Below, piece by piece: positions 9,242-17,388 of a stretch of 33,997 nt of DNA. Numbering within the stretch: position 1 is the first letter of the stretch; every line of letters starts with the position of its first letter. This stretch comes from Candidatus Woesearchaeota archaeon (GTDB taxonomy: Archaea; Nanobdellota; Nanobdellia; Pacearchaeales; GW2011-AR1), in assembly GCA_964354195.1 (NCBI GenBank), contig CAYGYN010000031.1, positions 1 to 33,997 of the forward strand, read 5' to 3'. The translations under genes and the position numbers were made by a program. Below the pieces are notes generated by a model. It searched no databases, was not told the DNA's origin, and saw nothing but the letters and a program-made list of their open reading frames with translations.

Positions 9242-9289
9242 ATAGTAGAAATCACAAGCCCTTTTAAACTATAAATAATTCTTATTTTC

Positions 9290-10129
9290 ATGAGAGTAAG
9301 ATATAGCTTTTCATCGAGGCATACGGGCACGATTGACAGCACAAATGTGCATAAGATACCAGTTCCTGCTCTTGTGCGAGAGGTAATCAGAATATCAGAC
9401 ATTGTGCTTGAGGTGCTTGATGCCAGATTTATTAATGAGACAAGGAACAAGGAATTGGAGAGAATGGTTCTTGACTTGGGAAAGAAGATTGTATTTGTGC
9501 TTAACAAGGCTGACTTGGTGAATGTTCAAGAGCTTAAGCAGAGCGGAAAGCTTGAAGAGCTAATGCCTTATGTTTTCATTTCTGCAAAAACAAGAATAGG
9601 GGTAAAAGAGCTAAGAACAAGAATAAAGATTGAGGCAAAGAGAATGAAACAGGAGAAAACAACGCACATTGGAATTATTGGCTATCCCAACACGGGCAAG
9701 AGCTCAATAATCAATGTGCTTGCGGGAGGAGGGCATGCCCGCACAGCTGCTGAAGCTGGCTTCACAAAAGGCATGCAGAAAATAAGGCTTGCAAAGGGAA
9801 TCTTGCTGCTTGACACTCCAGGAGTCATGCCTGAGAAAGAAGCGCCTGCGCATCAAACTCCGCATGCAAAGAAACTCTCCCTTATCGGAGTAAAGACATT
9901 TGACAAGGTGAAAAACCCGGAGCTTGTTGTTTTCCAAATAATGAAAGCTTATCCTGGGGTTCTTGAAAAATTCTATGGCATTGAAGCAGAGGGAGATTCT
10001 GAGAAACTGATTGAAGAACTTGGGAGAAAATACAAGTTCCTTGCAAAGGGCGGAAAGATTGATTCTGACAGGGCTGCAAGAATGATTCTCAGGGATTGGC
10101 AGTTTGGCAAGATTAAAATAGAGAAATAA
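9290..10129 (+). CDS. Circularly permuted ribosome-biogenesis GTPase (RbgA/YlqF family)
   Basis: VLDAR, NKAD (G4) preceding GYPNTGKSS (G1), GFTK (G2), DTPG (G3), ILRDWQFGKI. Confidence 0.93.
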   Translation: MRVRYSFSSRHTGTIDSTNVHKIPVPALVREVIRISDIVLEVLDARFINETRNKELERMVLDLGKKIVFVLNKADLVNVQELKQSGKLEELMPYVFISAKTRIGVKELRTRIKIEAKRMKQEKTTHIGIIGYPNTGKSSIINVLAGGGHARTAAEAGFTKGMQKIRLAKGILLLDTPGVMPEKEAPAHQTPHAKKLSLIGVKTFDKVKNPELVVFQIMKAYPGVLEKFYGIEAEGDSEKLIEELGRKYKFLAKGGKIDSDRAARMILRDWQFGKIKIEK

Positions 10130-10141
10130 TGTTTATTGAAC

Positions 10142-10534
10142 ATGGAACAGCCTAGAAAAAGATGGTGGAAAGAGATTCTATGGGAGCTTAAATGGACATT
10201 AATCTGGATGGGATTGTTTGTGATTGCGGGAATTATAACTCAGTCAATAAGGGAAGAAAGATTTGTTTTTATTGATTTCTTCTGGACAAATTTTAAAGTT
10301 TGGCTCAATTCATTTGGAAACTTAACACAATTCACGCAATATGCGAGCTACAATGATTTATTAAAACAGATTTTGGCTGATTGGTATTATTTCTTCTATG
10401 CAGGAGGATTAATCTCGCTGGTTTGGGGCATATTGAAATTTACATTTAGGGCACTCAACAAGAAAGGAATAGAAGCCAAGAGGCAGAGAACTTTTGACGA
10501 GATAACAGAAGAGTTTGAGAAAAGAGAACAATAA
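10142..10534 (+). CDS. Hypothetical membrane protein
   Basis: Two hydrophobic helices; first ATG at 10142. Confidence 0.7.
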   Translation: MEQPRKRWWKEILWELKWTLIWMGLFVIAGIITQSIREERFVFIDFFWTNFKVWLNSFGNLTQFTQYASYNDLLKQILADWYYFFYAGGLISLVWGILKFTFRALNKKGIEAKRQRTFDEITEEFEKREQ

Positions 10535-10611
10535 GCATTCTAAGATAAAGTTGTAACTTATAAGGGGTTACAGATAGCAAGGTTTAAATAACTAAAAAGC
10601 ATGAAATTGGC

Positions 10612-11280
10612 ATGAGAAAACTAATATTAAAGCCAGAGGATGTATTATGCCCTGGAGAGTATGAACAATTTACTCCAGAAACAGTTAGGATGTACTTTCA
10701 CATGGATAAGAGAGGGCATGCTGCTGATTGGCCGCACATTATTATTGTAAAAAGCGAGCCGCAGGCAGAAATGGTTGCATGGTTTGAGACAAAAATTAGG
10801 GAATTCATGCGTGTAGGCCAAAATACGGCTTGGGAATCTGCGGATAGGAAGACTACTTCGGATAAATTCAGGAAAATATATATGGATTTCTTGAAGGCTG
10901 CAGAGCAATCACCTTATTTTCTTATTGATGGAAACCACAGGGCAATTGCTGCGACACTGGCACATTCTCCAATCCACTCGCTTGAAGTTGAGAGAAATGA
11001 GGACATTGGAGAGATAGAAAAGATGGTTGCAAGAGGAGATTTGCTTGGATTTCCTCATGATGCAAAGAGAGTTGATGAACTGAGAAATGATTTTATTGCA
11101 AATTGCACAGATATGTATGATTTTAAACGCGATGGAAATAAACAGTGGGGGATTGTTAAGAACCCTGCAGCGCAATATGTGAAGAGTTTCAGAGAGAGAG
11201 TTAATGACTTGGTTTTGAATGAGAAATTCCCAGAACATATGGCTGACATGGTTAGATTTTATAGGGAGGGATTGAAATGA
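10612..11280 (+). CDS. ParB/Srx-like domain protein
   Basis: PHIIIVK and YFLIDGNHRAIAA match the ParB-N DGxHR motif; TTTAAATA 29 nt upstream. Confidence 0.6.
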   Translation: MRKLILKPEDVLCPGEYEQFTPETVRMYFHMDKRGHAADWPHIIIVKSEPQAEMVAWFETKIREFMRVGQNTAWESADRKTTSDKFRKIYMDFLKAAEQSPYFLIDGNHRAIAATLAHSPIHSLEVERNEDIGEIEKMVARGDLLGFPHDAKRVDELRNDFIANCTDMYDFKRDGNKQWGIVKNPAAQYVKSFRERVNDLVLNEKFPEHMADMVRFYREGLK

Positions 11281-11525
11281 TGACAATGACAAATGGAAAA
11301 AATCCTGACAGCAGAACAAAGCCTTTTGAGAATGGGAATGGCAAAGAAGAGCTAAAGAAAGAATCAAAGAAAGATACAGTAATGCTTCCAATTATATGCG
11401 GCTGGTATGTTGATTTCAAGGAAAAGCCCGGGTCAATGAACAGAGAAGCGATGGAGAGTTTTATAAAACAATATGGCTGCAGGGAATGCAATGGCTATAA
11501 GACACCATGCGGCGGGAGGGCTTAA
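11277..11525 (+). CDS. Small Cys-motif protein (putative zinc-binding)
   Basis: ATGA overlap with upstream gene; C-x-W...CRECNGYKTPC. Confidence 0.65.
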   Translation: MMTMTNGKNPDSRTKPFENGNGKEELKKESKKDTVMLPIICGWYVDFKEKPGSMNREAMESFIKQYGCRECNGYKTPCGGRA

Positions 11526-11526
11526 G

Positions 11527-11778
11527 GTGGTTGGGGCAGTAATAAACGGAAAATATCTGAATGATAGAGAGCTTAGAAGAGAAAGGGACAAGGCAGATGC
11601 TGAGGGCGCAAGATTAGGGGTGGTTGATAAAGGCAAAGAGTGCATTTGGCACACCCCGGAAAATCTAAGAGAAATGCTTGAGACTATTGAAAGCGGCAAA
11701 GATGTTGGCAGAGAATGCCTTCATTGTTATGGTTTTGATACAGCATGTGAATACTATAAAGCAAGGGGGGCAAGCTAA
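11527..11778 (+). CDS. Small Cys-motif protein (putative zinc-binding)
   Basis: GTG at 11527 one base after the previous stop, preceded by GGGAGG; C-x-W...CLHCYGFDTAC. Confidence 0.6.
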   Translation: MVGAVINGKYLNDRELRRERDKADAEGARLGVVDKGKECIWHTPENLREMLETIESGKDVGRECLHCYGFDTACEYYKARGAS

Positions 11779-11779
11779 G

Positions 11780-12178
11780 ATGGCAGAAGATAAAAAACTG
11801 AACAATAAAGAAATATATGTTATTGGTGTTGAGCCGGGCGTATCAAGGTTTGTAATAGATTCAAGAGGTTCAAAGAGGTTGATAGATTTGCATCGCGAGA
11901 AGCTGGTGGATGCTCTTTTTCTGGCTGAAGATAATTATCCAATGATTGGAGGGTATTGCAGAGGCACTGCAAATGATATCGCCCCGATTGAATTGATAGA
12001 GACCGGGCGTCTAAGCCAAACTGATGCTTTTCTTGAAATACTTTCCTATTTGAAGAGAGAGCCTGACAAAAACCGGCTTGTTTATTTGAGAGAAGAGAGC
12101 GAACTTGAGGAAATAGCTAATTTGTTCAAAAATGCAGGATTATCATTCGGGCAATTCGTAATTAAAGACAGTCTTTGA
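11780..12178 (+). CDS. Hypothetical protein
   Basis: ATG 11780 one base after the previous stop, in the frame of the 11678 ORF. Confidence 0.65.
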   Translation: MAEDKKLNNKEIYVIGVEPGVSRFVIDSRGSKRLIDLHREKLVDALFLAEDNYPMIGGYCRGTANDIAPIELIETGRLSQTDAFLEILSYLKREPDKNRLVYLREESELEEIANLFKNAGLSFGQFVIKDSL

Positions 12179-12931
12179 TTCTTCAATTATATCTATTACA
12201 TTGCCGCCTACCTTGCGTCCGGGATCCCCATGCGGAGTATTTGAAGTGGGTCGGTAGTTATTCTCATTTTCAACTTCAAAAATCCTGCCATATCTTGCAT
12301 CTGCTCTTTTGTAACTCAGCCCATATTTCTTTAATAAGTCTGATTGGTGGTGATCAGGGCTGCCTCCCCAATGCCTGAATACGGTTGTAATCCTCTCTCT
12401 TTCTTCATTTGAAAGAGGATTCTCAATTTGCCTGGTGATTGGGATTCTTGTGTTATAGATTACTTCTAAGAATCTGATTGCGATGGGTATCTTTTCTCTT
12501 TCCTCATCAAATACCCCTAATTTTATTTCTTGAATTAGGGGCTTGCCATACTCTTGCTTTGCAAGTTCAACATAAGTCGGGTCTGCTCGATTCTGCTGGA
12601 ATTCCCGCCTCATAGTCCTTAGGCTTACAAAACCTACTTTGCCAAAATATAATTCTGGATCAGACATTGTCAGCTGGTCTTCTTCCTCCCTCAGACCCTC
12701 TGCCTGCCTGCGAAAAACATCAATCTTCTTTTCCAATCCCCCTTTTATCCCTTCTCCACCTGCAGCCAATATCATTAAAATGCCAACAATAGTGATGGTG
12801 GCTGTTGTAAAATCAAGAAGCGCTGTCTTGGGCACTCCGACGACTGCGCCTGTAAGGGCAATTCTTGAGAGTGATAAAAGAATACCTATGAGAACTAATA
12901 CAAAACCTGCAAACCTCTTTTTGTTCATCAT
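12143..12931 (-). CDS. Hypothetical protein with two N-terminal TM helices
   Basis: FAGFVLVLIGILLSL...LTGAVVG...ITIVGILMILAA followed by a soluble domain; TA-rich box about 29 nt upstream. Confidence 0.7.
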   Translation of the reverse strand: MMNKKRFAGFVLVLIGILLSLSRIALTGAVVGVPKTALLDFTTATITIVGILMILAAGGEGIKGGLEKKIDVFRRQAEGLREEEDQLTMSDPELYFGKVGFVSLRTMRREFQQNRADPTYVELAKQEYGKPLIQEIKLGVFDEEREKIPIAIRFLEVIYNTRIPITRQIENPLSNEERERITTVFRHWGGSPDHHQSDLLKKYGLSYKRADARYGRIFEVENENNYRPTSNTPHGDPGRKVGGNVIDIIEESKTVFNYELPE

Positions 12932-13040
12932 TTTCAGATGAGGAGGTTGTTTATATATATTTTCAGATGTCTATTTCTCTTGGCAAAAGATTTAAAAAGG
13001 GTTTGTAGCTTTTAGCGATAATTAAACAAACCACAAAACA

Positions 13041-13199
13041 ATGGCTAAAAACAAAGTTGATGAAGAGGAATCTAAAGAAGAACTCGAAGAGGAAGAGGAC
13101 TTAGAAGAAGGCGAAGACCTTGAAGAGGACGACGAAGATGACTCTGACGATGATGAAGAAGACGATGACGACGAAGAGCCTGCAGATGAAGGCCTCTAA
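13041..13199 (+). CDS. 52-aa hyper-acidic microprotein (not in ORF track)
   Basis: MAKNKVDEEESKEELEEEEDLEEGEDLEEDDEDDSDDDEEDDDDEEPADEGL*. Purine-rich BRE plus TTTAAAAA at 12991, downstream T-tracts and hairpin. Confidence 0.75.
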   Translation: MAKNKVDEEESKEELEEEEDLEEGEDLEEDDEDDSDDDEEDDDDEEPADEGL

Positions 13200-13210
13200 A
13201 TAGTCAATAG

Positions 13211-13247
13211 TTTGTTTTTTGTGGGCGTTTGCCCCACTTTCTTTTTT
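13211..13247 (+). terminator. T-tract / GC hairpin / T-tract putative terminator
   Basis: TTTGTTTTTT, GTGGG...CCCAC hairpin (13221-13237), TTTCTTTTTT directly after the acidic ORF. Confidence 0.55.
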
Positions 13248-13296
13248 GATGTCAAGGAACTTGGTGTTTATTGAGTAGTTCCTTGAGCATCCAAAA
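13246..13296 (+). repeat. Dispersed hairpin element, copy 1
   Basis: TTGATGTCAAGGAAC...GTAGTTCCTTGAGCATCCAAAA; arms match the reverse complement of 25736-25801. Confidence 0.75.
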
Positions 13297-13323
13297 GTCC
13301 CGAACGCAAGGACTTTTTGATAA

Positions 13324-13608
13324 TTAACTGACATCTCTTTCTTCAGGATTAAGCTTTAAATGTTCCCCTCTTTTCCATGCTTCTCTTAAGCAGTCAATAT
13401 CCTCTCTTGAATAATATGCCTGCGTGCCTCCAAGAACCCTTGCCGGATTCAGCCCGAACTGATGCCTCAGCCTTATTAATGAATTAAGTGTTGTGTCCTT
13501 TTTGGAACCGCCGACTTGCTTTGATAGTTCTTCCGCCAAGTCTATAAGGCTCCTGTATCCCTCTGCCATTAATTTCTCCCTGTCTTTTGATAGAACATTA
13601 TGGTACAT
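13324..13608 (-). CDS. Small protein, possible MerR-like helix-turn-helix
   Basis: YRSLIDLAEEL...FGLNPARVLGGTQAYYSREDID resembles the MerR-type HTH/wing; TTTAAATA 29 nt upstream on the minus strand. Confidence 0.55.
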   Translation of the reverse strand: MYHNVLSKDREKLMAEGYRSLIDLAEELSKQVGGSKKDTTLNSLIRLRHQFGLNPARVLGGTQAYYSREDIDCLREAWKRGEHLKLNPEERDVS

Positions 13609-13692
13609 GCTAATTATTTGAGAGGAGGTTATTTAAAACTAATTGCTTTTTATCACCTATATCTTTAAAAAATAATTTATTGTGGAATTTTC

Positions 13693-15300
13693 ATGAGTGA
13701 GAAACAGCCCATTTATATTATGCCTGAAAATGTCTCGAGAACTCTGGGCAAGGATGCACAGAGAAACAATATCCTTGCTGCTAAAATTGTCGCAGATATT
13801 GTCAAGACAACCTTGGGACCAAAGGGAATGGACAAGATGCTTGTTGATGCTACTGGAAATATTACTGTGACTAATGATGGTGTGACTATACTTGATGAGA
13901 TGGAGATTGATCATCCTGCGGCAAAGATGATGGTTGAGATTGCAAAAACCCAAGAGTCAGAAGTTGGTGATGGGACTACAACTGCCGCTGTTCTTGGCGG
14001 AAAGCTTCTGGAGCATGCTGAAACTTTACTTGACAGAAAAATACATCCAACTGTTGTTGTGAAAGGCTATAGACTTGCATCTGACAAGGCGCTTGAAATT
14101 CTTAATAATGAACTTGCTCTCCCTGTGGAGAACAAGCAAATCCTGAAGCAGATTGCAATGACTGCAATGACAGGCAAGGGGGCAGAAGGGCACAAGGAGA
14201 AGCTTGCAGATATAATTGTTAATGCGATTGAACAGATTGCACATGGAAAAGAAGTGAATCTTGATGATGTCAAACTGCAGAAGATTAAAGGTGATGGGAT
14301 TGGAGACAGCGAGCTCATTCAAGGCATTGTTCTTGATAAAGACAAGGCGAATGCTGCAATGCCTTCAAGGATAGAAGCGGCAAAGATTCTTCTAACAGAT
14401 GCCGCCTTGGAATTGAGAAATCCTGAGACAGAGGCAAAGATTTCTGTTTCAACGCCGGAGCAGCTTGAGAGTTTTGTTATTGCTGAAGAAAAAAGACTGA
14501 AGGACATGACTGACTTGATTATCAGCGCTGGTGCTAATGTTGTATTCTGCCAGAAAGGAATTGATGATGTTGCGCAATATTACCTTGCGAAGGCGGGGAT
14601 ATTCGCGGCAAGAAGAGTGCCAAGAAGTGACATGGAGAAAATAGCAAGAGCAACTTCAGGAACAATTGTATCCAACCTGAATGATGTTTCTATTGAGCAG
14701 TTTGGCTATGCTGAACTGGTTGAGGAAGAGAAAAATGGGAATGAGATATTAACTTATATTAGGGGATGCAAGAATCCAATGGCAGTAACGATTGTGATAA
14801 GAGGCGGGACAAGCCATGTCATTGATGAGATTGAGAGAGCGATTAAGGATGGCTTGGGAGATGTTGCTTCTTCAATCAAGAGCGGAAAGGTTGTTGCTGG
14901 CGGAGGGGCTGTTGAGATGGAATTGTCAAAGAGATTGAGAAGTTTTGCAAAAACAATAGGCGGGAGAGAGCAGCTTGCCATTGAGGTATTTGCAAATGCG
15001 CTTGAGTCCATACCAGAAGCCTTGGCGGAGAATGCAGGCATGGATGCAATTGATGTTCTCACTGAACTAAGGAAACTGCATGAGGCGGGAAAGACAAATT
15101 ATGGCTTGAATCTATTGAAGGATAATATTGAAGACACATTCATAGCAGGAGTGATTGAGCCATTAAAAGTGAAAACACAGGCAATTACCTCTGCAAGCGA
15201 ATTCGCAATGATGCTCTTAAGGATAGATGATGTTCTTGTAAGCAAGTCCTCTGGAAACTCGGGCAAGATGCCTATGAACCCCTACGGCGGAATGGATTGA
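13693..15300 (+). CDS. ths: Thermosome subunit (group II chaperonin)
   Basis: [49 protein letters not shown]; alpha/beta subtype not assignable. Confidence 0.97.
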   Translation: MSEKQPIYIMPENVSRTLGKDAQRNNILAAKIVADIVKTTLGPKGMDKMLVDATGNITVTNDGVTILDEMEIDHPAAKMMVEIAKTQESEVGDGTTTAAVLGGKLLEHAETLLDRKIHPTVVVKGYRLASDKALEILNNELALPVENKQILKQIAMTAMTGKGAEGHKEKLADIIVNAIEQIAHGKEVNLDDVKLQKIKGDGIGDSELIQGIVLDKDKANAAMPSRIEAAKILLTDAALELRNPETEAKISVSTPEQLESFVIAEEKRLKDMTDLIISAGANVVFCQKGIDDVAQYYLAKAGIFAARRVPRSDMEKIARATSGTIVSNLNDVSIEQFGYAELVEEEKNGNEILTYIRGCKNPMAVTIVIRGGTSHVIDEIERAIKDGLGDVASSIKSGKVVAGGGAVEMELSKRLRSFAKTIGGREQLAIEVFANALESIPEALAENAGMDAIDVLTELRKLHEAGKTNYGLNLLKDNIEDTFIAGVIEPLKVKTQAITSASEFAMMLLRIDDVLVSKSSGNSGKMPMNPYGGMD

Positions 15301-15301
15301 A

Positions 15302-15595
15302 ATGGCTAAAGACAGCATTGACGAGCATATTGACAAACTATTGAGAGAAAATCCAATACTCTCAGATGAGGAATTTAAAAGAAGGTTTCCAGGGATAATG
15401 GACGTGATTACTTTTATTGATAGTGTGGCTATAACAACTCAGAGAGCAACGGGCAGATATAAGCTATTTGACCGCTTGGGTGTAGGGAATATCGGCGATT
15501 ATCTTGAGCTCCTACAAAAAGATGATAAAGAAGCCGTGAGAATTTATAAAGTTACGAGAGACACCCTGGGTTTTGGGCAGGAGGACATTGGTTAA
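15302..15595 (+). CDS. Hypothetical protein
   Basis: 97-aa ORF starting one base after the thermosome stop. Confidence 0.6.
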   Translation: MAKDSIDEHIDKLLRENPILSDEEFKRRFPGIMDVITFIDSVAITTQRATGRYKLFDRLGVGNIGDYLELLQKDDKEAVRIYKVTRDTLGFGQEDIG

Positions 15596-15603
15596 GGTTA
15601 AGG

Positions 15604-16131
15604 ATGAACTTAACTAATAAGTTGTTAACAAGTGCTGCGCTGTATTTTTCTGTTATAGTTGGCGGATGTTCTGAGCAAGTAGAGATTGCGCAAAAACAGC
15701 AGACAATTGTGCTTGAGCAGGGTGTTGAGGAACATTATGTCAGAAGAGTTATTGATGGAGATACTCTTGTTCTTGATGATGGAAGGCATGTCAGATTACT
15801 GGGCATTAACGCTCCAGAACTAAAGAGAAAGGGGCAGAAGCAGGCAGATAGACTGGCAATTGAAGCATCTGACAGGCTTGAGCATCTTGTTTGCGGAGAA
15901 AGGAAAGTAAAACTTGAATACGACTTGCAGGACAAAAATAAAGAAGACAAAGATAAATTTGGCAGGACTCTTGGATATGTTATTGCAAATGGAGAGAATA
16001 CAAGCATAATTCTTGTCAGGGAAGGCTATGCCAAGGCTTTCATGTATAAAGGCTTAAAATATCAGAAAGAGATTCTTGAAGCAGAAGGAGAGGCAAAGAG
16101 AGTTGGAAGAGGAATCTGGGCTAAAGAATAA
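15604..16131 (+). CDS. Thermonuclease (SNase) family protein, lipoprotein-like
   Basis: VIDGDTL, VRLLGINAPE, DKFGRTLGYV, LVREGYA, RGIW; N-terminal hydrophobic stretch ending VGGC. Confidence 0.93.
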   Translation: MNLTNKLLTSAALYFSVIVGGCSEQVEIAQKQQTIVLEQGVEEHYVRRVIDGDTLVLDDGRHVRLLGINAPELKRKGQKQADRLAIEASDRLEHLVCGERKVKLEYDLQDKNKEDKDKFGRTLGYVIANGENTSIILVREGYAKAFMYKGLKYQKEILEAEGEAKRVGRGIWAKE

Positions 16132-16165
16132 AACTTTAAATAAGCATTCTAATTAACAAAATTAA

Positions 16166-16236
16166 GCGCTCGTAGTTTAGTGGTAGAATATCTGGTTGCC
16201 AATCAGAGGATACGGGTCCGATTCCCGTCGAGCGCA
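16166..16236 (+). tRNA. tRNA-Gly(GCC)
   Basis: Acceptor GCGCTCG/CGAGCGC plus A, anticodon arm TCTGG-TTGCCAA-TCAGA, T arm ACGGG-TCCGATT-CCCGT. Confidence 0.93.
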
Positions 16237-16238
16237 TA

Positions 16239-16310
16239 GGCCCTATAGTCTAGTGGCTAAAACACGTCGTTTACACCGATGAGTCCGCAGTTCGATCCTG
16301 CGTAGGGCCA
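16239..16310 (+). tRNA. tRNA-Val(TAC)
   Basis: Acceptor GGCCCTA/TAGGGCC plus A, anticodon arm CGTCG-TTTACAC-CGATG, T arm CGCAG-TTCGATC-CTGCG. Confidence 0.93.
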
Positions 16311-16377
16311 TTCTGTTCACCGCAGCGAGGAGCTTCGCAGCGCAAGCGAGAAAGCCCACAGCAAGAGTGAATCAGAA
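16311..16377. other. Structured GC-rich element directly after tRNA-Val
   Basis: TTCTGTTCAC (16311-16320) pairs with GTGAATCAGAA (16367-16377), enclosing CGCAGCG twice and a GC-GCAA-GC mini-hairpin. Confidence 0.45.
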
Positions 16378-16404
16378 TTAATCTTCTCCTGCCATTAGAG
16401 CTGC

Positions 16405-17253
16405 TCATCTTCTTAGAATAGTTCTTACAAATTGCCTTGGAGTACTTAGCATATGCCTTGGAATTGACATTAAAATAGGAAGAGTATGATAATAGTGCTT
16501 TGAGAAGAAACCAACCTGTCCTTCAACAGGTTTAAACAAATCATTATCCAGGGTATAACCTAAGTTTTCAATTTTAAAATCACCAAGACTGCATTCCAAG
16601 TCTAACATGGTGTGAGCAGCGCCCATCTGAGTGTAATGATGCGCATCAGATACTGCAAGAGCCTTGATGCCTTTCATTGTTAATTCTCTCGTAACGCGCT
16701 TGTTAATGTGCCTTGCTTCTGTGGCATCATAGCCTTCAATAGCATGAACTTTTCCCGAATTAATCAGCTCCATTGCTTTTTCAAGTCCTGCCCCACACTG
16801 CGAGCCAGGATGGCAGATAGTCACAATTCCGCCTTTGTCTCTTGCTATCCTTACTGTTTCATCAATATCTTTGCCTGCCTTAATAAAATCATAAACACCA
16901 ATTACATTAATATCTGCAGGCATTCCCTTGTAATCTGTTCTAACCTCCTGGGAATTCAGAATTAAGACTTCAGGAACTTCCATGCAAAGAGGAATCCTTC
17001 TCTTTAGATGAAGAAAGCCTTCTTTCCCATGATAATTTGTCTCGAAATCTCCCTCAAGATAAATTAACTGATTCACATAATCATGAAATCTCCTGTCTTG
17101 GTGCCCTGGCGCAGCATGACAGGCAGAGATGGCACAAATATCCAACTGAGCACCAAAGATATGATTAATTATCTGCTTCAAACTGGGCACTCTCTTTCCA
17201 GACTGAGGGCTATAGAAATGGGGATGCATGTGCAAATCTGCTCTGAATTCCAT
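16405..17253 (-). CDS. PHP-domain phosphoesterase-like protein
   Basis: ADLHMH, QEV, ICHP, AIEGY, VSDAH metal-binding motifs; TTTAAATA 29 nt upstream. Confidence 0.85.
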   Translation of the reverse strand: MEFRADLHMHPHFYSPQSGKRVPSLKQIINHIFGAQLDICAISACHAAPGHQDRRFHDYVNQLIYLEGDFETNYHGKEGFLHLKRRIPLCMEVPEVLILNSQEVRTDYKGMPADINVIGVYDFIKAGKDIDETVRIARDKGGIVTICHPGSQCGAGLEKAMELINSGKVHAIEGYDATEARHINKRVTRELTMKGIKALAVSDAHHYTQMGAAHTMLDLECSLGDFKIENLGYTLDNDLFKPVEGQVGFFSKHYYHTLPILMSIPRHMLSTPRQFVRTILRR

Positions 17254-17388
17254 AATGGTGATTTGCCTGTCTCCTATTTAAATATTTTGAAGATGTTACC
17301 CTTTTTAAGTTATGATAATATTGGAATGTTGTTAGAGAGAATATGGCTTATTAATTAGGTTTAAATATATCAGATTTTTAGTAAAGAT

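Noticed and set aside
13101-13334. 77-aa minus-strand ORF
   Set aside because: Antisense shadow of the acidic microprotein, running through hairpin elements
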